64,000 nucleotides of DNA. Origin: an uncultured Candidatus Rokubacteria bacterium (GTDB lineage Bacteria; Methylomirabilota; Methylomirabilia; Rokubacteriales; CSP1-6). The notes under the pieces are model-generated. The model saw only the letters and a program-made list of their open reading frames with translations. It was not told the origin of the DNA and searched no databases. The position numbers and the translations under genes are program-made. Below, one piece after another: positions 18,922-29,248 of this stretch (position 1 is the stretch's first letter; every line of letters starts with the position of its first letter). Where the stretch lies: contig CAVYTA010000005.1 of NCBI GenBank assembly GCA_963771355.1, forward strand, positions 224,001-288,000, written 5' to 3'.

Positions 18922-20484
18922 ATGCGTCGCTTCGACGTGGTCATCCTCGGCGGGGCCTTCTCGGGCGCTTCCGCGGCCATTCTGCTCCGGCGCGAGCAGC
19001 CCGAGCTGTCCGTGCTCGTGATCGAGCGCGCCCCTGCCTTCGACGCCAAGGTGGGCGAGGCCACCACCGAGATGTCGGCCATGTTCCTTACCCGCCGCCT
19101 CGCGATGTGGAACCACTTGGAAGTCGAGCAGCTCCCCAAGGAGGGCCTTCGCTACTGGTTCTCCAACGAAAAAGTGCGGAGCCATGCCGACGCCTCCGAG
19201 ACGGGCGGCTTCCTCCGCAGCGCGGTGCCGTCCTTCCAGCTCCGGCGGGACGCGCTCGACGAGCACCTCCTCGCCACCGCGGTGGCAGAGGGTGCGAGCC
19301 TGGTGCGTCCCGCGCGGGTGGGGGACGTGGCGCTGGGGGACTTCGACCATCAGGTGACCTTCGAGCATGAAGGCCGGGCGGAGACGGTGGCCTGCCGCTG
19401 GGTGCTCGACGCTACGGGGAAGGCAACTTTCCTGGGCAAGCGCCTCGGTCTCATCGACAAGAACGAGCAGCACCCGACGGCGGCCATCTGGTGCCGCTGG
19501 AAGAACGTGCGGCACATCGACGACCTCGCCGCACGCGGGGATGGCGGGCTTGCCCACCGCGGGCTCGGCTCGCGCCGCCTCGCCACGAATCACTACATGG
19601 GCTTCGGCTACTGGATCTGGGTGATTCCGCTCGGGCACGGCGAGACCAGCATCGGCGTCGTCTACGACACCCGGCTCATAGGCCTCAGCGCGAGCCGTGA
19701 CCGCATGCGGGATTTCTGCGATTTCCTGCGCGCCATCCCCGCGCTGGCCGAGCTGCTGGAGGGCGCGGAGCCGCGCGGCGAGGACCTGCGCTTCTACGCG
19801 CATCTGCCCTATGTCACCCGCCAGTACATGGGGCGCGGGTGGGCGCTGCTCGGGGACGCCGCCGCGTTCCTCGATCCCTACTACTCGCCCGGGCTCGATC
19901 ACGCCGCGTTCTCGGTGGAAGCCACTCTCGCGATGATCAAGGCGGACCGGGCGGGAGAGCCGCTGGACGCCCGCATCGACGAGCACAACGCCACCTTCGT
20001 GCGCTCCTACCACCGGTTCTTCCAGGCCGTCTATCGCGACAAGTACTACTACATGGGCGAGCAGGATCTCCTCTCGGCCTCCTTCCTGATGGACACCGCG
20101 CAGTACTACCTCTTCGTGGTCATTCCGGCCTACCGGGTGCGCAAGCGCTTCTTCTGGATGCCGGTGCTCGGGGCGAAGCAGGCCTCTTTCGTTTATCACT
20201 TCATGCGCTCCTACAACCGGCGCTTCAAAACGATCGCGCTGGCGCGCCGGCGACTGGGCGCCGAGGGCCGCCGCAATCACGGGCGCCGGCTCAAGCCGTA
20301 CTTCGCCCTGGACTGGGCGCCCGTCCGCATGACGCTACGGGGCTTGCGGATGTGGATGGTGGCCGAGCTGGATCTCCTGCGGCTCCGCGCGCTGTCCCCC
20401 TTCCGACGTCCGACCCCACCGCCACTCCCGTCAGCGCGGCTCGGGCCAGCGGGGGTCGAGCCAGAGAAATCCGCGGCGGAGTAG
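18922..20484 (+). CDS. flavin-dependent halogenase-like oxidoreductase
   Basis: GGAFSG Rossmann motif, KVGE, WIWVIP (WxWxIP), GDAAAFLDPYYSPG. Confidence 0.8.
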   Translation: MRRFDVVILGGAFSGASAAILLRREQPELSVLVIERAPAFDAKVGEATTEMSAMFLTRRLAMWNHLEVEQLPKEGLRYWFSNEKVRSHADASETGGFLRSAVPSFQLRRDALDEHLLATAVAEGASLVRPARVGDVALGDFDHQVTFEHEGRAETVACRWVLDATGKATFLGKRLGLIDKNEQHPTAAIWCRWKNVRHIDDLAARGDGGLAHRGLGSRRLATNHYMGFGYWIWVIPLGHGETSIGVVYDTRLIGLSASRDRMRDFCDFLRAIPALAELLEGAEPRGEDLRFYAHLPYVTRQYMGRGWALLGDAAAFLDPYYSPGLDHAAFSVEATLAMIKADRAGEPLDARIDEHNATFVRSYHRFFQAVYRDKYYYMGEQDLLSASFLMDTAQYYLFVVIPAYRVRKRFFWMPVLGAKQASFVYHFMRSYNRRFKTIALARRRLGAEGRRNHGRRLKPYFALDWAPVRMTLRGLRMWMVAELDLLRLRALSPFRRPTPPPLPSARLGPAGVEPEKSAAE

Positions 20485-21222
20485 GGCGTCGCGGCGGTCG
20501 AGCGCGTAGCCGTGGCGGTCGGCCAGCCCCAGCGCGGCGGCCACGAAGCGCTGGCGTGGGGTGAGGGCCCGTCCCCTCGCGCGTTGCCAGGCCGCTTCCC
20601 AGGCGGCGAAGAAGCGATCGATGGCCCCCGCCGGCTCCGCGTGATGGATGAAGGCCTTGGGCAGCACCGCGCGGAGCACCCGCGGCGTGAAGTCCGCCCC
20701 GACCCGCGGCGCGAGCACCACCCCCGCGCGGCCGAGCGTCCCCCCCTTCCGGAACAGGGTGAACGCCAGCAGCCGGCCATGCGGGTCCGAGGTGCCCTCG
20801 ATGAGCAGCCCGTCCTCGGTGAGCGCGGCGCCCAGCGCCGTCAGCGCCCCCGCCACCGCGGCCTCGTCGTACTGGCGCAGGACATTGAAGGCGCGGATCA
20901 CGCTCGCCCGCTCGCCGCGCGCCAGGGGCAGATCGAAGCCGCCGTGCCGGAAGGCCAGCCCCGGTTCCGCGAAGGCCTGCGCCTCCGCCACCCGCGCGGG
21001 GTCGATCTCGACCCCCAACATCTCCAGCCTCGGGTTCAGTCGCCGCAGCCTGTGGAGCGTCTCCCGCGAGGTCACGGGATAGGCGCCGTAACCCAGATCC
21101 ACGTAGAGGCCGGGCAGGTGACGCAGGAAGGCGGGGAACGCCACCGCCAGGAAGGTGTCCGTCTTCCGGAGGCGATTCGGCGCGGTCTTCCCCCGCGTGG
21201 GCTGACCGAGCGGCTTTCGCAT
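20431..21222 (-). CDS. putative class I SAM-dependent methyltransferase
   Basis: TRGKTAPNRLR, YVDLGYG, GVEID, IRAFNVLRQYDE. Confidence 0.75.
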   Translation of the reverse strand: MRKPLGQPTRGKTAPNRLRKTDTFLAVAFPAFLRHLPGLYVDLGYGAYPVTSRETLHRLRRLNPRLEMLGVEIDPARVAEAQAFAEPGLAFRHGGFDLPLARGERASVIRAFNVLRQYDEAAVAGALTALGAALTEDGLLIEGTSDPHGRLLAFTLFRKGGTLGRAGVVLAPRVGADFTPRVLRAVLPKAFIHHAEPAGAIDRFFAAWEAAWQRARGRALTPRQRFVAAALGLADRHGYALDRRDALLRRGFLWLDPRWPEPR

Positions 21223-21250
21223 CGGACTCGATCTTAGTAGAGTCTCGCCC

Positions 21251-22504
21251 ATGGATGCTCCCTCGCTCGGCGATCTCCTCCCCGGTCCCCGCATCTTGCT
21301 GGGGCCCGGCCCCACCATGGCAGACCCGCGCGTGCTCCGCGCCATGGCCACGCCGCTGCTGGGCCAGTTCGACCCCGAGTTCACCGGCATCATGAACGAG
21401 GTGATGGCGCTCACGCGCTTCGCCTTCGAGACGGCGAACGCGCGGGCCTTCCCCGTGCCCGGCACGGGCCGGGCCGGGCTCGAGGCGGCCATCGCCTCCT
21501 TCGTCGAGCCGGGCGAGCGCGTGGTCGTGGGCGAATGCGGGCGCTTCGGCCTCCTGCTGATCGAGATCGCCGAGCGCTGCGGCGCGGACGTGGTGCCGGT
21601 GCGCGGTGAGTGGGGCCGCGCCCTCGAGCCCGACGCCATCGCCGGCGCGCTGCGCGGCGGGAAGACCCGCATGGTTGCCCTCATCCACGGGGAGACCTCC
21701 ACCGGCGTGCTCCAGCCCCTGGCCGAGATCGTGCGGCTTGCCCACGCGCACGACGCCCTCGTGATGGCCGATGCCGTCGTCACCCTGGGCGGCTGCCCGG
21801 TCGAGACCGATGCCTGGGGCGTGGACGTGATGGTGGCGGGCACGCAGAAGTGCCTTTCCTGTCCCTCGGGCCTCGCCCCCGTCACGTACAACGCGCGCGC
21901 GGAGGCCGTGCTGGCCGCGCGGCGCACGCGCGTGCAGAGCAACTATCTCGACCTCGGCCAGCTCGCGGACTACTGGGGCCCGCAGCGCTACAACCACCAC
22001 ACTGCGCCGACATCCATGGTGTACGGCCTCCGCGAGGCCCTGCGCGCAATTCAGACGGAAGGGTTGGCCGCGCGCTTCGCCCGCCACCGGCTCCATGGCG
22101 ACGCCTTGCGCGCGGGCCTGGCCGCGCTGGGGCTCACGCTCTTCGGCGCCGAGCCGCCCGAGCGCCGGCTGCCCTTCATCACGCCGGTGGTGGTGCCCGA
22201 GGGCGTGGACGAGCTGCGCGTGCGCCACCGGCTCATCGCGGACTTCGGCATCGAGATCGGCGCGGCCTTCGGCCCGCTCCAGGGCCGCATCTGGCGCATC
22301 GGCACCATGGGTTACTCCGCGCGCCGCGAGAACGTGCTGCTCGCGCTCGTCGCGCTGGAGAGCGTGCTGCGGCGCGAGGGGTGGAAGGCGGAGGCGGGCG
22401 CGGGGGTGGAGGCCGCCCTCGCGTGCTATGCGGCGTCGGGCGCAGCCGCGGGTGGGCGGGACGTGGACGAGAGCCTGGGGGCGGGCGGGATCGGGCGGAT
22501 GTGA
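21251..22504 (+). CDS. class V PLP aminotransferase (alanine-glyoxylate / PucG-like)
   Basis: LLGPGP, HGETSTG, GTQKCL (PLP lysine), NHHTAP, WRIGTMG. Confidence 0.9.
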   Translation: MDAPSLGDLLPGPRILLGPGPTMADPRVLRAMATPLLGQFDPEFTGIMNEVMALTRFAFETANARAFPVPGTGRAGLEAAIASFVEPGERVVVGECGRFGLLLIEIAERCGADVVPVRGEWGRALEPDAIAGALRGGKTRMVALIHGETSTGVLQPLAEIVRLAHAHDALVMADAVVTLGGCPVETDAWGVDVMVAGTQKCLSCPSGLAPVTYNARAEAVLAARRTRVQSNYLDLGQLADYWGPQRYNHHTAPTSMVYGLREALRAIQTEGLAARFARHRLHGDALRAGLAALGLTLFGAEPPERRLPFITPVVVPEGVDELRVRHRLIADFGIEIGAAFGPLQGRIWRIGTMGYSARRENVLLALVALESVLRREGWKAEAGAGVEAALACYAASGAAAGGRDVDESLGAGGIGRM

Positions 22505-22527
22505 TTGCGGCGGGTTTCCATCACCGG

Positions 22528-23529
22528 ATGATCACCCGCGCTTGGTTCGCAGCCACTCTCGTCTTCGCACTCCTCGCCGTGCCGCTCGCCGCCGCGCCGC
22601 AGCAGGCGGGAAAGGTCTGGCGGATCGGCATGCTCTGGCTCGGCAGCTCCCTTCAGGATCCCCCGATACGCGTGAGGTTTGACGCCTTCCGGCAAGGTCT
22701 GCGAGAGCAGGGCTATGTGGAGGGACGCAACGTTGCTTTTGAGCATCGGTATGCGAGAGGTGAGCACGGGTTGTCCTCCGGCCTCGCTGCCGAGCTGGTC
22801 CGTCTGAAGGTCGACGTGATCGTAACGCCGGGGAACACGCCAGGGACTCTCGCTGCCAAGCAGGCGACGAGCACGATCCCCATCGTCTTCATGGGAGCGA
22901 TCGACCCGGTTGCCCATGGGTTCGTCGCCAGCCTGGCGCGGCCGGGGGGGAACGCCACGGGAGTAAGCTCCCTGGTCAGCCCGGAGATCATCGGCAAACG
23001 ACTGGCGCTGCTCAAGGAAGCAATCCCGACGCTCTCCCGCGTCTCCGTGCTGAGAAATCCGACCAGTCCAGACATTCACGTGTTCATCAGAGAAGCGGAG
23101 CTCGCTGCCCGGTCATTGAAGGTGCAGCTTCACACCGTGGATGCGCGAGGCGCCGCCGAGTTCGAGAGGGCCTTTGCGGCCATGATCAAAGAGCGCGCCG
23201 GCGCGATTCTGGTGCAAGCCGACCCGGCGTTCCTTTTCAACAGCAGACAGCTCGCTGACCTTGCGGCAAGGAACCGCCTTCCCGCGATGTACGGGCCACC
23301 GGAGCATGTAGAGGCGGGTGGCCTCATGGCCTACGGGCATAACGTGGCCGAGGCGTCCCGACGGGCGAGCATCTATGTAGCCAAGATTCTCCAAGGCGCA
23401 AAGCCCGCCGACCTCCCCGTCGAGCAGCCCACGAAGTTCGACCTGGTGATCAATCTCAGGACGGCGAAGGCCCTCGGCCTGACGATTCCGCCCGCACTGC
23501 TGAACCGGGCGGATCAGGTGATCGAGTAA
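22528..23529 (+). CDS. ABC transporter substrate-binding protein (PF04392-like, orphan)
   Basis: GYVEGRNV, ATSTIPIVF, SLARPGGNATG, GAKPADLPVEQPTKFDLVIN. Confidence 0.9.
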   Translation: MITRAWFAATLVFALLAVPLAAAPQQAGKVWRIGMLWLGSSLQDPPIRVRFDAFRQGLREQGYVEGRNVAFEHRYARGEHGLSSGLAAELVRLKVDVIVTPGNTPGTLAAKQATSTIPIVFMGAIDPVAHGFVASLARPGGNATGVSSLVSPEIIGKRLALLKEAIPTLSRVSVLRNPTSPDIHVFIREAELAARSLKVQLHTVDARGAAEFERAFAAMIKERAGAILVQADPAFLFNSRQLADLAARNRLPAMYGPPEHVEAGGLMAYGHNVAEASRRASIYVAKILQGAKPADLPVEQPTKFDLVINLRTAKALGLTIPPALLNRADQVIE

Positions 23530-23581
23530 GTCATCTCTTTCGTGGGAGAAGCCTGGCGGCGGCGCAACACGCCCTGCCGGT

Positions 23582-25279
23582 CTACGTCTTGTCGGCCCGC
23601 TCGATCTTGGCCCAGGTGTCGCGGAGCCCGACGGTGCGGTTGAAGACGAGCGTGCCCGCCCGCGAGTCCGGATCCACGGCGAAGTACCCCACGCGCTCGA
23701 ACTGATAGCGGCTCCCCGGCTTGGCGCCGGCCAGGCCGGGTTCGACCCGCGCGTCGGTGACGCGCTCGATGGATGCGGGGTTGAGATGCGCCTTCCAGTC
23801 GAGTCCGTCTTTTTCGTCCGAGGGATTCGCCTTGGTGAAGAGGTTCTCGTACAGGCGCACCTCGGCGGGGACCGCATGCGCGGCCGACACCCAGTGGATG
23901 GTGCCCTTGACCCGCCGGCCGTCGGGGGCGTCGCCGCCGCGCGTGGCGGGGTCGTAGGTGCAGCGGACCTCGGTGATCTGGCCGGTGGCGGGGTCCTTGG
24001 TCACCCCCGTGCAGCGGACGAAGTAGCCGTAGCGGAGCCGCACCTCGGCGCCCGGCGCGAGCCGGAAATACTTCTTCGGCGGGTCCTCGCGGAAGTCGTC
24101 CTGCTCGATCAGGAGCTCGCGAGAGAAGGGGAGCTTCCGCGTGCCCATGGCCGGATCTTCGGGGTTGTTCACCGCGTCCAGCTCCTCCACCTGCCCCTCG
24201 GGGTAGTTCTCGATGACGAGGCGCAGGGGGCGGAGCACCGCCATCACGCGGGCGGCGCGGCGGTTGAGATCCTCGCGGATGCAGTGCTCGAGCAGCGCGA
24301 TGTCCACCATGCTGTCCGCCTTGGCCACGCCGATCCGCTCGCAGAAGTCGCGGATGGCCTCCGGCGTATAGCCGCGGCGGCGGAGCCCGGCCAGGGTGGG
24401 CATGCGGGGATCGTCCCAGCCCGTCACGTGGCGGCCTTCCACCAGCTCCAGGAGCCGGCGCTTGCTCATCACGGTGTGGCTCAGGTTGAGCCGCGCGAAC
24501 TCGATCTGCTGCGGGTGATAGACGCCGAGCGCGTCGAGGTACCAGTCGTAGAGCGGCCGGTGGTCCTCGTACTCCAGCGTGCAGATCGAGTGCGTGACGC
24601 GCTCGAGGGAATCGGAGAGCCCGTGCGCCCAGTCGTACATGGGATAGATGGACCACCGGCTCTCGGTGCGGTGATGGGGCACGCGCCGGATCCGGTACAT
24701 CACGGGGTCGCGCAGGTTGAGGTTGGGCGCGGCCATGTCGATCTTGGCGCGGAGCGTCTTCGCGCCGTCCTCGAACTCGCCCGCGCGCATGCGGCGGAAG
24801 AGGTCGAGGTTCTCCGCCACCGGCCGGTCGCGGTGGGGGCTCGGCCGGCCGGGCTCGGTGAGGGTCCCGCGGTGCTCGCGCATCTGGTCGGCGCTGAGGT
24901 CGTCCACGTACGCCTTGCCCGCCCGGATGAGGTCTTCCGCCCACTCGTAGAGCTGCTCGAAGTAGTCGGAGGCGTAGTAGAGGTGCGGGCCCCAGTCGAA
25001 GCCCAGCCAGTGCACGTCGGCCATGATGGATTCGACGTACTCCACGCTTTCCTTGGTGGGATTGGTGTCGTCGAAGCGCAGGTGGCAGGTGCCGTCGAAG
25101 TCCCGGGCCAGGCCGAAGTTCAGACAGATGCTCTTGGCGTGGCCGATGTGGAGATAGCCGTTGGGCTCGGGAGGGAAGCGCGTGATCACGCGGCCGCCGA
25201 AGCGCCCGGTGCGGCCGTCGTCGGCCACGATCTGGCTGATGAAGTGCTTGCCGGGAGCGGGCGTGGGATTCTCGATCAC
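23582..25279 (-). CDS. glnS: glutamine--tRNA ligase
   Basis: [36 protein letters not shown]. Confidence 0.96.
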   Translation of the reverse strand: MIENPTPAPGKHFISQIVADDGRTGRFGGRVITRFPPEPNGYLHIGHAKSICLNFGLARDFDGTCHLRFDDTNPTKESVEYVESIMADVHWLGFDWGPHLYYASDYFEQLYEWAEDLIRAGKAYVDDLSADQMREHRGTLTEPGRPSPHRDRPVAENLDLFRRMRAGEFEDGAKTLRAKIDMAAPNLNLRDPVMYRIRRVPHHRTESRWSIYPMYDWAHGLSDSLERVTHSICTLEYEDHRPLYDWYLDALGVYHPQQIEFARLNLSHTVMSKRRLLELVEGRHVTGWDDPRMPTLAGLRRRGYTPEAIRDFCERIGVAKADSMVDIALLEHCIREDLNRRAARVMAVLRPLRLVIENYPEGQVEELDAVNNPEDPAMGTRKLPFSRELLIEQDDFREDPPKKYFRLAPGAEVRLRYGYFVRCTGVTKDPATGQITEVRCTYDPATRGGDAPDGRRVKGTIHWVSAAHAVPAEVRLYENLFTKANPSDEKDGLDWKAHLNPASIERVTDARVEPGLAGAKPGSRYQFERVGYFAVDPDSRAGTLVFNRTVGLRDTWAKIERADKT

Positions 25280-25314
25280 CGGGCGGTCCTCACCACGAAT
25301 TCTACCATCGCCGC

Positions 25315-26496
25315 TCAGGCGCCCACCCGCGCGGGGTGCGCGCGCACCGCGGCCTCGTTCACCTCGGTGCCCCAGCCCGGTCCGCGCGGGATGGTCAGAT
25401 AGCCGTCCTTGACCTCCGGCTTGACCGTCACCAGGTCTCCGTACCACGGCACCACGTCGGGGTCGATCTCCATGATGCGGAGGTTCGGCACCACCGCGCT
25501 CCAGTGGGCGTTCATCATGGTGGCCAGGTGGCCGTAGAAGTTGTGCGGGGCCACGTTGACCTCGTAGGCCTCCGCCATGGCCGCGATCTTGAGCCCCTCC
25601 GCCACGCCGTTCCACGGCGTGTCCACGATGGCCACGTCCACCGACTGCTCCTCGAAGAAGGGCCGGTAGTCGCGCCGGCCGAAGAGGCACTCGCACGAGG
25701 CCACGGGGATCCGGGTGTGGCTGCGGATATAGCGCAGCGCCTTGGCGTCGCGCGTGTCCATCTCCACCCAGAAGAGGTCGAAGGGCTCCATGGCCCGGGC
25801 CATGGTGAGGAAGCCCTCGGTCTTGTAGTTGAAGTTGAGGTCCACCAGGATGTCCATGTCGGGCCCGGTGCCTTCGCGGAAGGCCGCGAGCTGGTCGCGG
25901 ATGGCGCGCACCACGTGGCGGTCGGCGTTGAGCTCGGGGAAGCCCGCGCCTCGCGCGAAGCCGGGCACGTGCGCGGTGGGCTTGTCGCCCAGCAAGAGGA
26001 CGTTCGTCTTCAGCGCGGTATACCCCTTGGCCACGACCTCCTTGCCGACCTTCACGATGTCATCCAGCGTGCGCACCGGCGGCAGCTCCATCTCCTTGGC
26101 CCGGCTCACGCGATAGGTGGCGCAGTGGGACCAGTAGAGGCGGATACGCTCGCGCACGGGCCCGCCGAGGAGCTCGTAGACCGGGATGCCGAGGCCGCGC
26201 GCTTTGACGTCGAGCAACGCGTTCTCGATGGCGCCGATGGCCTGCTGGGTCACCCCGCCCGAGGCCTGGCGTCGCAGCGCGTACATCAGCGCCACGTGCG
26301 CCTCGAAGGCGCGCGCGTCCTTGCCCACGAGCGAAGGCGCGAGCTGCTCGATCATGCCGGTCACGCCGCCGGGGCCGCCGAAATTCTCGTTGTACTCGCT
26401 CCAGCCGACGAGGCCGGTGTCGGTGGTGAGCTTGACGAAGTCGAAGTTGCGCCAGCCCCCGTCGGCGTGGAGCGTCTCGATCTGGGCGATCTTCAT
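25315..26496 (-). CDS. mandelate racemase/muconate lactonizing enzyme family protein
   Basis: [35 protein letters not shown]. Confidence 0.9.
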   Translation of the reverse strand: MKIAQIETLHADGGWRNFDFVKLTTDTGLVGWSEYNENFGGPGGVTGMIEQLAPSLVGKDARAFEAHVALMYALRRQASGGVTQQAIGAIENALLDVKARGLGIPVYELLGGPVRERIRLYWSHCATYRVSRAKEMELPPVRTLDDIVKVGKEVVAKGYTALKTNVLLLGDKPTAHVPGFARGAGFPELNADRHVVRAIRDQLAAFREGTGPDMDILVDLNFNYKTEGFLTMARAMEPFDLFWVEMDTRDAKALRYIRSHTRIPVASCECLFGRRDYRPFFEEQSVDVAIVDTPWNGVAEGLKIAAMAEAYEVNVAPHNFYGHLATMMNAHWSAVVPNLRIMEIDPDVVPWYGDLVTVKPEVKDGYLTIPRGPGWGTEVNEAAVRAHPARVGA

Positions 26497-27533
26497 GCCG
26501 GCGGCACGCCCCCGGGAATGAGGCGGTAGAGGGGCTCCAGATGGCCCGGATCGGGCTTGATGGTGGCCCCCTGCGCGCGGAAGACCTCCACCACCGCCGC
26601 GTTCAGCGGTGCGGGCACGCCGAGCCGAGCGCCCTCGGCCGCCACATAGCCATTGAGGTGCTCGACCTCGGTGCGCCGGCCGCGCATCACGTCCTGGAGC
26701 ATGGACGGGCGCCCGCCCTTCCGGCTCGCCGCGTCGGCCGACACCGCCTGCTCCACCTCGGCCAGGCCGCGTCCCGCCGCCGCGTCCACGAAGCGCTGGG
26801 TGGCGATGCCCCAGATGGGCTCCACCTCGTAGCCGGCCGCGCGGCCCACCGTGATCACCTCGGCGCCCAGGAATACCGCCAGGCGCCGCATCGCGGGATC
26901 CAGGCGCACCTCGGCGGTGCCCAGGCCCGACAGTCCGGCGAGGGGATTCACCATGCAGTTGAGCGCGAGCTTGGACCAGCGCTCGCCCCAGAGATTGGTG
27001 GTGACCTCCGCCGGGGCGACGGCGGAGAGCAGCTCCGCCAGGCGCCGCGCGCGCGGCGTGTCCTTGCCGTCGTGCTCGCCGATCTTGAAGGCGGACTTGC
27101 CCGCGTCGGTACGCAGCGCGTGGCCAGGCTCGTACATGCCTGCGCTGATGAGGATCACACAGCCGAGCGTCCGCTCGCGCCCCGCCACCGCGGCCACGCG
27201 ATGGTCATTGATCCCGTTCTGGAAGTCCACCACCACGCCGTCGGGCTTGAGATAGGCGACGCCGAGCGCGGTGGCCCACTCGGTGTCATAGGACTTCACC
27301 GCGATGAAGACGGTGTCGAAGGGCTCCGCGACCTGCTGCAGCTCGTGGATGTGGAGCGCGCGCACCGGCACCAGATGGTCGCCGCAGGTGCCCGAGAGGC
27401 GCAGGCCGCGCGACCGCATGGTCTCCACGTGCTCCGGCCACTGGTCCACCAAGGTCACGTCCTGGCCCGCGCGCGCGAGAAGCCCGCCCACCACGCAGCC
27501 GATCGCCCCCGCCCCGATGATCCCGATTCGCAT
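26493..27533 (-). CDS. ketopantoate reductase family protein
   Basis: IGIIGAGAIG, AVKSYD, QNG, WSKL..N, SMLQD..RGRRTE. Confidence 0.88.
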   Translation of the reverse strand: MRIGIIGAGAIGCVVGGLLARAGQDVTLVDQWPEHVETMRSRGLRLSGTCGDHLVPVRALHIHELQQVAEPFDTVFIAVKSYDTEWATALGVAYLKPDGVVVDFQNGINDHRVAAVAGRERTLGCVILISAGMYEPGHALRTDAGKSAFKIGEHDGKDTPRARRLAELLSAVAPAEVTTNLWGERWSKLALNCMVNPLAGLSGLGTAEVRLDPAMRRLAVFLGAEVITVGRAAGYEVEPIWGIATQRFVDAAAGRGLAEVEQAVSADAASRKGGRPSMLQDVMRGRRTEVEHLNGYVAAEGARLGVPAPLNAAVVEVFRAQGATIKPDPGHLEPLYRLIPGGVPPA

Positions 27534-27597
27534 GGAGTCTCCTTTCGGCGAACCCGGGTAGGCTATCATGTCCGCGCCCACCCGGGAGGGGGCCAGC

Positions 27598-28137
27598 ATG
27601 CTCAGCGCCGCGGACTTCATGCAGCTCGGGCTCACCCGTCTTCACAAGTCGCTGGACAAGGCCATGGCCGACCTCACGCCCGAGCAGCTCCACGCCATTC
27701 CCGCCGGCCATCCCAGGGCCAACTCCATCGCCTTCGGGCTCTGGCACTACGCGCGCACCGAGGACAACGTGGTGCGCTATCTCCTCCAGGATCGACGGCC
27801 GACGGTATGGGGCGAGGGCGGCTACGCCGAGAAGCTGGGGCTGCCGCCGGTGGCGCAGGGGACCGGCATGTCCACCGCGGAGGCGCAGGCCCTGCGCATC
27901 ACGGACGTGCCGCTCTTCCGCGAGTACATGAGCCGGGTCTGGGCGAGCACGGACGAGTTCCTCGCGCGCCCCGACCGGGACGCGATGCTGGGCAAGACCG
28001 TCACCGTGAAGCCGCTCGGCGAGATGCCGGCCATCGTGGCGCTGGGCAACGTCTGCCTCACCCACGGCATGACCCACTTCGGGGAGATCGAGCTCGCGCG
28101 GACCCTGGTGGGCGCGTCCCCGGTGGCCGGGATCTAG
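27598..28137 (+). CDS. DinB-family protein
   Basis: NSIAFGLWH..R.ED and C-terminal HGMTHFGE histidine triad. Confidence 0.8.
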   Translation: MLSAADFMQLGLTRLHKSLDKAMADLTPEQLHAIPAGHPRANSIAFGLWHYARTEDNVVRYLLQDRRPTVWGEGGYAEKLGLPPVAQGTGMSTAEAQALRITDVPLFREYMSRVWASTDEFLARPDRDAMLGKTVTVKPLGEMPAIVALGNVCLTHGMTHFGEIELARTLVGASPVAGI

Positions 28138-28943
28138 CGGGGCCGGAGCACCTGGAGCGCCACCGCTCCCGCCGTCGCGACATTGAGCGAGTCCATGGCC
28201 GGCGTCATGGGAATGCGGACGTGGAGATCGGCGGCGGCGAGGGCCTCCGGACTGAGTCCGCGGCCCTCGGTACCCAGCAGCAGCGCGAGCCGCGCGGGCA
28301 GGGGCCGGTCGCGGCCCAGCGCATCGATGGCCACCGCGTCCTCCCGCGGCGTCAGCGCGACGAGCGTGTAGCCGGCGTCGCGCACGCGCTTGAGATCGCG
28401 CGGCCAGTCGAGCAGCCGCGCGAAGGGCAGGGCCACCGTCGCCCCCGCCGACACGCGGACGGCCTTCCGGTACAGCGGGTCGGCGGTGCCGGGCGAGAGC
28501 AGGATCGCGCCCGCGCCGAGCGCCAGCGCGTTCCGGAAGATCGCGCCCACATTGCTCGCGTCGCCCAGGTCCTCGAGCACCACCACCCGGTCGGTTCGCG
28601 CCTCGGCGAACACGGCATCGGCCGAGGGCTCGAGGCCGCGCTCGCCCACGGCCAGGCAGCCGTGGTGGAACTCGAGGCCCACGATGGCCTGCACGATCTC
28701 GAGCCGCACGAGGAAGGTCCGCACGCCGGCAGCGTCCAGCGCCGGCCCGAGCGCCTCGAGCGCCGGCGGCGTCACCAGCGCGGAGCGCGCGCGATAGCGT
28801 CCCGCGTCGAGGAGGCGGCGCACCACCTGGCGGCCCTCGGCGATGAAGGTGCCGGTGCGCAGGCGCCGCTGCGCGTCGCGGATATCGCGATAGTCGGCGA
28901 GGCGCGGGTCTTCCGGATCTTCGACGGGCTCGACGGGTGGCAT
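28134..28943 (-). CDS. TrmH/SpoU-family RNA methyltransferase
   Basis: FIAEG, NVGAIFRNA, LGTEGRGL, IPM...DSLNVA. Confidence 0.92.
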   Translation of the reverse strand: MPPVEPVEDPEDPRLADYRDIRDAQRRLRTGTFIAEGRQVVRRLLDAGRYRARSALVTPPALEALGPALDAAGVRTFLVRLEIVQAIVGLEFHHGCLAVGERGLEPSADAVFAEARTDRVVVLEDLGDASNVGAIFRNALALGAGAILLSPGTADPLYRKAVRVSAGATVALPFARLLDWPRDLKRVRDAGYTLVALTPREDAVAIDALGRDRPLPARLALLLGTEGRGLSPEALAAADLHVRIPMTPAMDSLNVATAGAVALQVLRPR

Positions 28944-28987
28944 GACGCCTGGACAATCCCTCCGCGGGCCCCTAGTATGCACACCTG

Positions 28988-29248
28988 ATGGCCGACCGTG
29001 AAGCCGCCGGGGCCCCGCCCCCGGCCGCATCCCCTGACCCCGCCGCCGCCGAGGCGGCCGCGCTCTTCGCGCTGGTGAGCGCGCGCTACGGCAGCCGGCT
29101 CGACGCCCGGCAGCTCGACGGTGTGCGCAAGGCGATCGAGGGCATCGTGGAGCAGGCGCGCGCGGTGCGGGCGGTGCGGCTCGGCAATGCCGACGAGCCC
29201 TATCAGACGTTCCGGCCCTATCGTGCCGACGAGGCGCCGCGGCCATGA
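28988..29248 (+). CDS. small hypothetical protein coupled to the amidase (GatC/AtzG-like partner?)
   Basis: ATGA overlap with the amidase; helical protein ending LGNADEP..F.P. Confidence 0.65.
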   Translation: MADREAAGAPPPAASPDPAAAEAAALFALVSARYGSRLDARQLDGVRKAIEGIVEQARAVRAVRLGNADEPYQTFRPYRADEAPRP

